From positions 434,001 through 460,880 of the forward strand of contig MU057987.1 of NCBI GenBank assembly GCA_013265495.1: DNA of 26,880 bases, written 5' to 3'. Positions 26,238-26,880 of this stretch are shown here, in pieces. The position numbers and the translations under genes are program-made. Each line of letters starts with the position of its first letter. Positions within the stretch are counted from its first letter, which is position 1. The stretch comes from Vicugna vicugna (taxonomy: Eukaryota). Under the pieces are notes generated by a model. It saw only the letters and a list, made by a program, of their open reading frames with translations, was not told the origin of the DNA and searched no databases.

Positions 26238-26880
26238 AGAATTATACTCTTTAAGGGAAGTCCCACGGTCTGAGTCTGAATGAAGCAGCTTTATCTGCTT
26301 TATTAGCTTAACCTCCTTTTTCGTTTGGGGAAGGGGCGAGCTTTTCAAGCTTGGATAGCCCATACACAAATTGGAAAACATATCCTACGTTTGGAGAGGC
26401 CAAAAGTTGGAGGAGTTCAATACACCTATTAATTAGCTATTTATCTATCTTGATTTCAACGTAAGGAGAAGTGGAGAAGATATGCAGTCATCTGTCAGCA
26501 TTTCTCAAAGAAGTTGAATAAAGTAGGAGCTAATTTAAAAAGTTACCATCACCAGCAATGGGTGAGAGTCGCGTGGGGTACGCTCTGCCAACCATCTACT
26601 CTCTCATCGGGAAGGATAAATGAGATTCTGCTGAGGTTGGAAATCTTTACAGATATGCTTTGTAAGTCCTATAACTACTGTACAGGTGAGGGATGAAAAT
26701 AATTAGCTCTTATGTCTTGGTTTCGGCATAAGTTCCCTTCTCTTCCCGATGGATGGAGTAGAGAGAAATGTTATGTAAGCTCCCAAGAGAGTCCCCCGTT
26801 TATGCACAGTGGAAGCTTTTACTGATGTTTGGTACAAAAGCACAGGCTAAATTATTATTAAAGATTGAAAAAAGGAAAGA

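Noticed and set aside
26514..26880. Next upstream CDH2 exon near the right edge
   Set aside because: No cadherin-coding sequence or donor site is recognisable before the window ends, so the exon lies outside it.

Overview
This is mammalian genomic DNA, not prokaryotic. The window lies inside the N-cadherin gene (CDH2), which is on the minus strand. Five consecutive coding exons can be placed to the base, each with canonical AG/GT boundaries and matching phases: 25299-25441, 22211-22444, 21677-21910, 19599-19738 and 2140-2304. Together they give 916 nt and correspond to exons 11-15 in recalled human numbering. They encode the end of EC4, EC5, the transmembrane helix, the p120-catenin-binding juxtamembrane region and the tail up to the start of the beta-catenin-binding domain. 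The exon at 25299-25441 is missing from the ORF track. The rest is intron (intron 14 alone is 17,294 bp) carrying old mammalian repeats (MIR, L2, MER58/MER102-like hAT elements, an MLT1-like LTR, an old L1M). Four younger insertions keep readable target-site duplications: two tRNA-derived SINEs resembling camelid vic-1 and two 5'-truncated L1 3' ends. These point to a camelid (alpaca/llama/camel) genome, which is an inference. I found no convincing new biological system. The best leads are a small CpG-dense island in intron 11, a HOX/FOX/homeobox motif cluster and a hairpin cluster in intron 14, a G-quadruplex motif at a SINE junction, and a hydrophobic read-through frame into intron 13. Repeat family names come from recalled consensus sequences and need RepeatMasker/Dfam confirmation.
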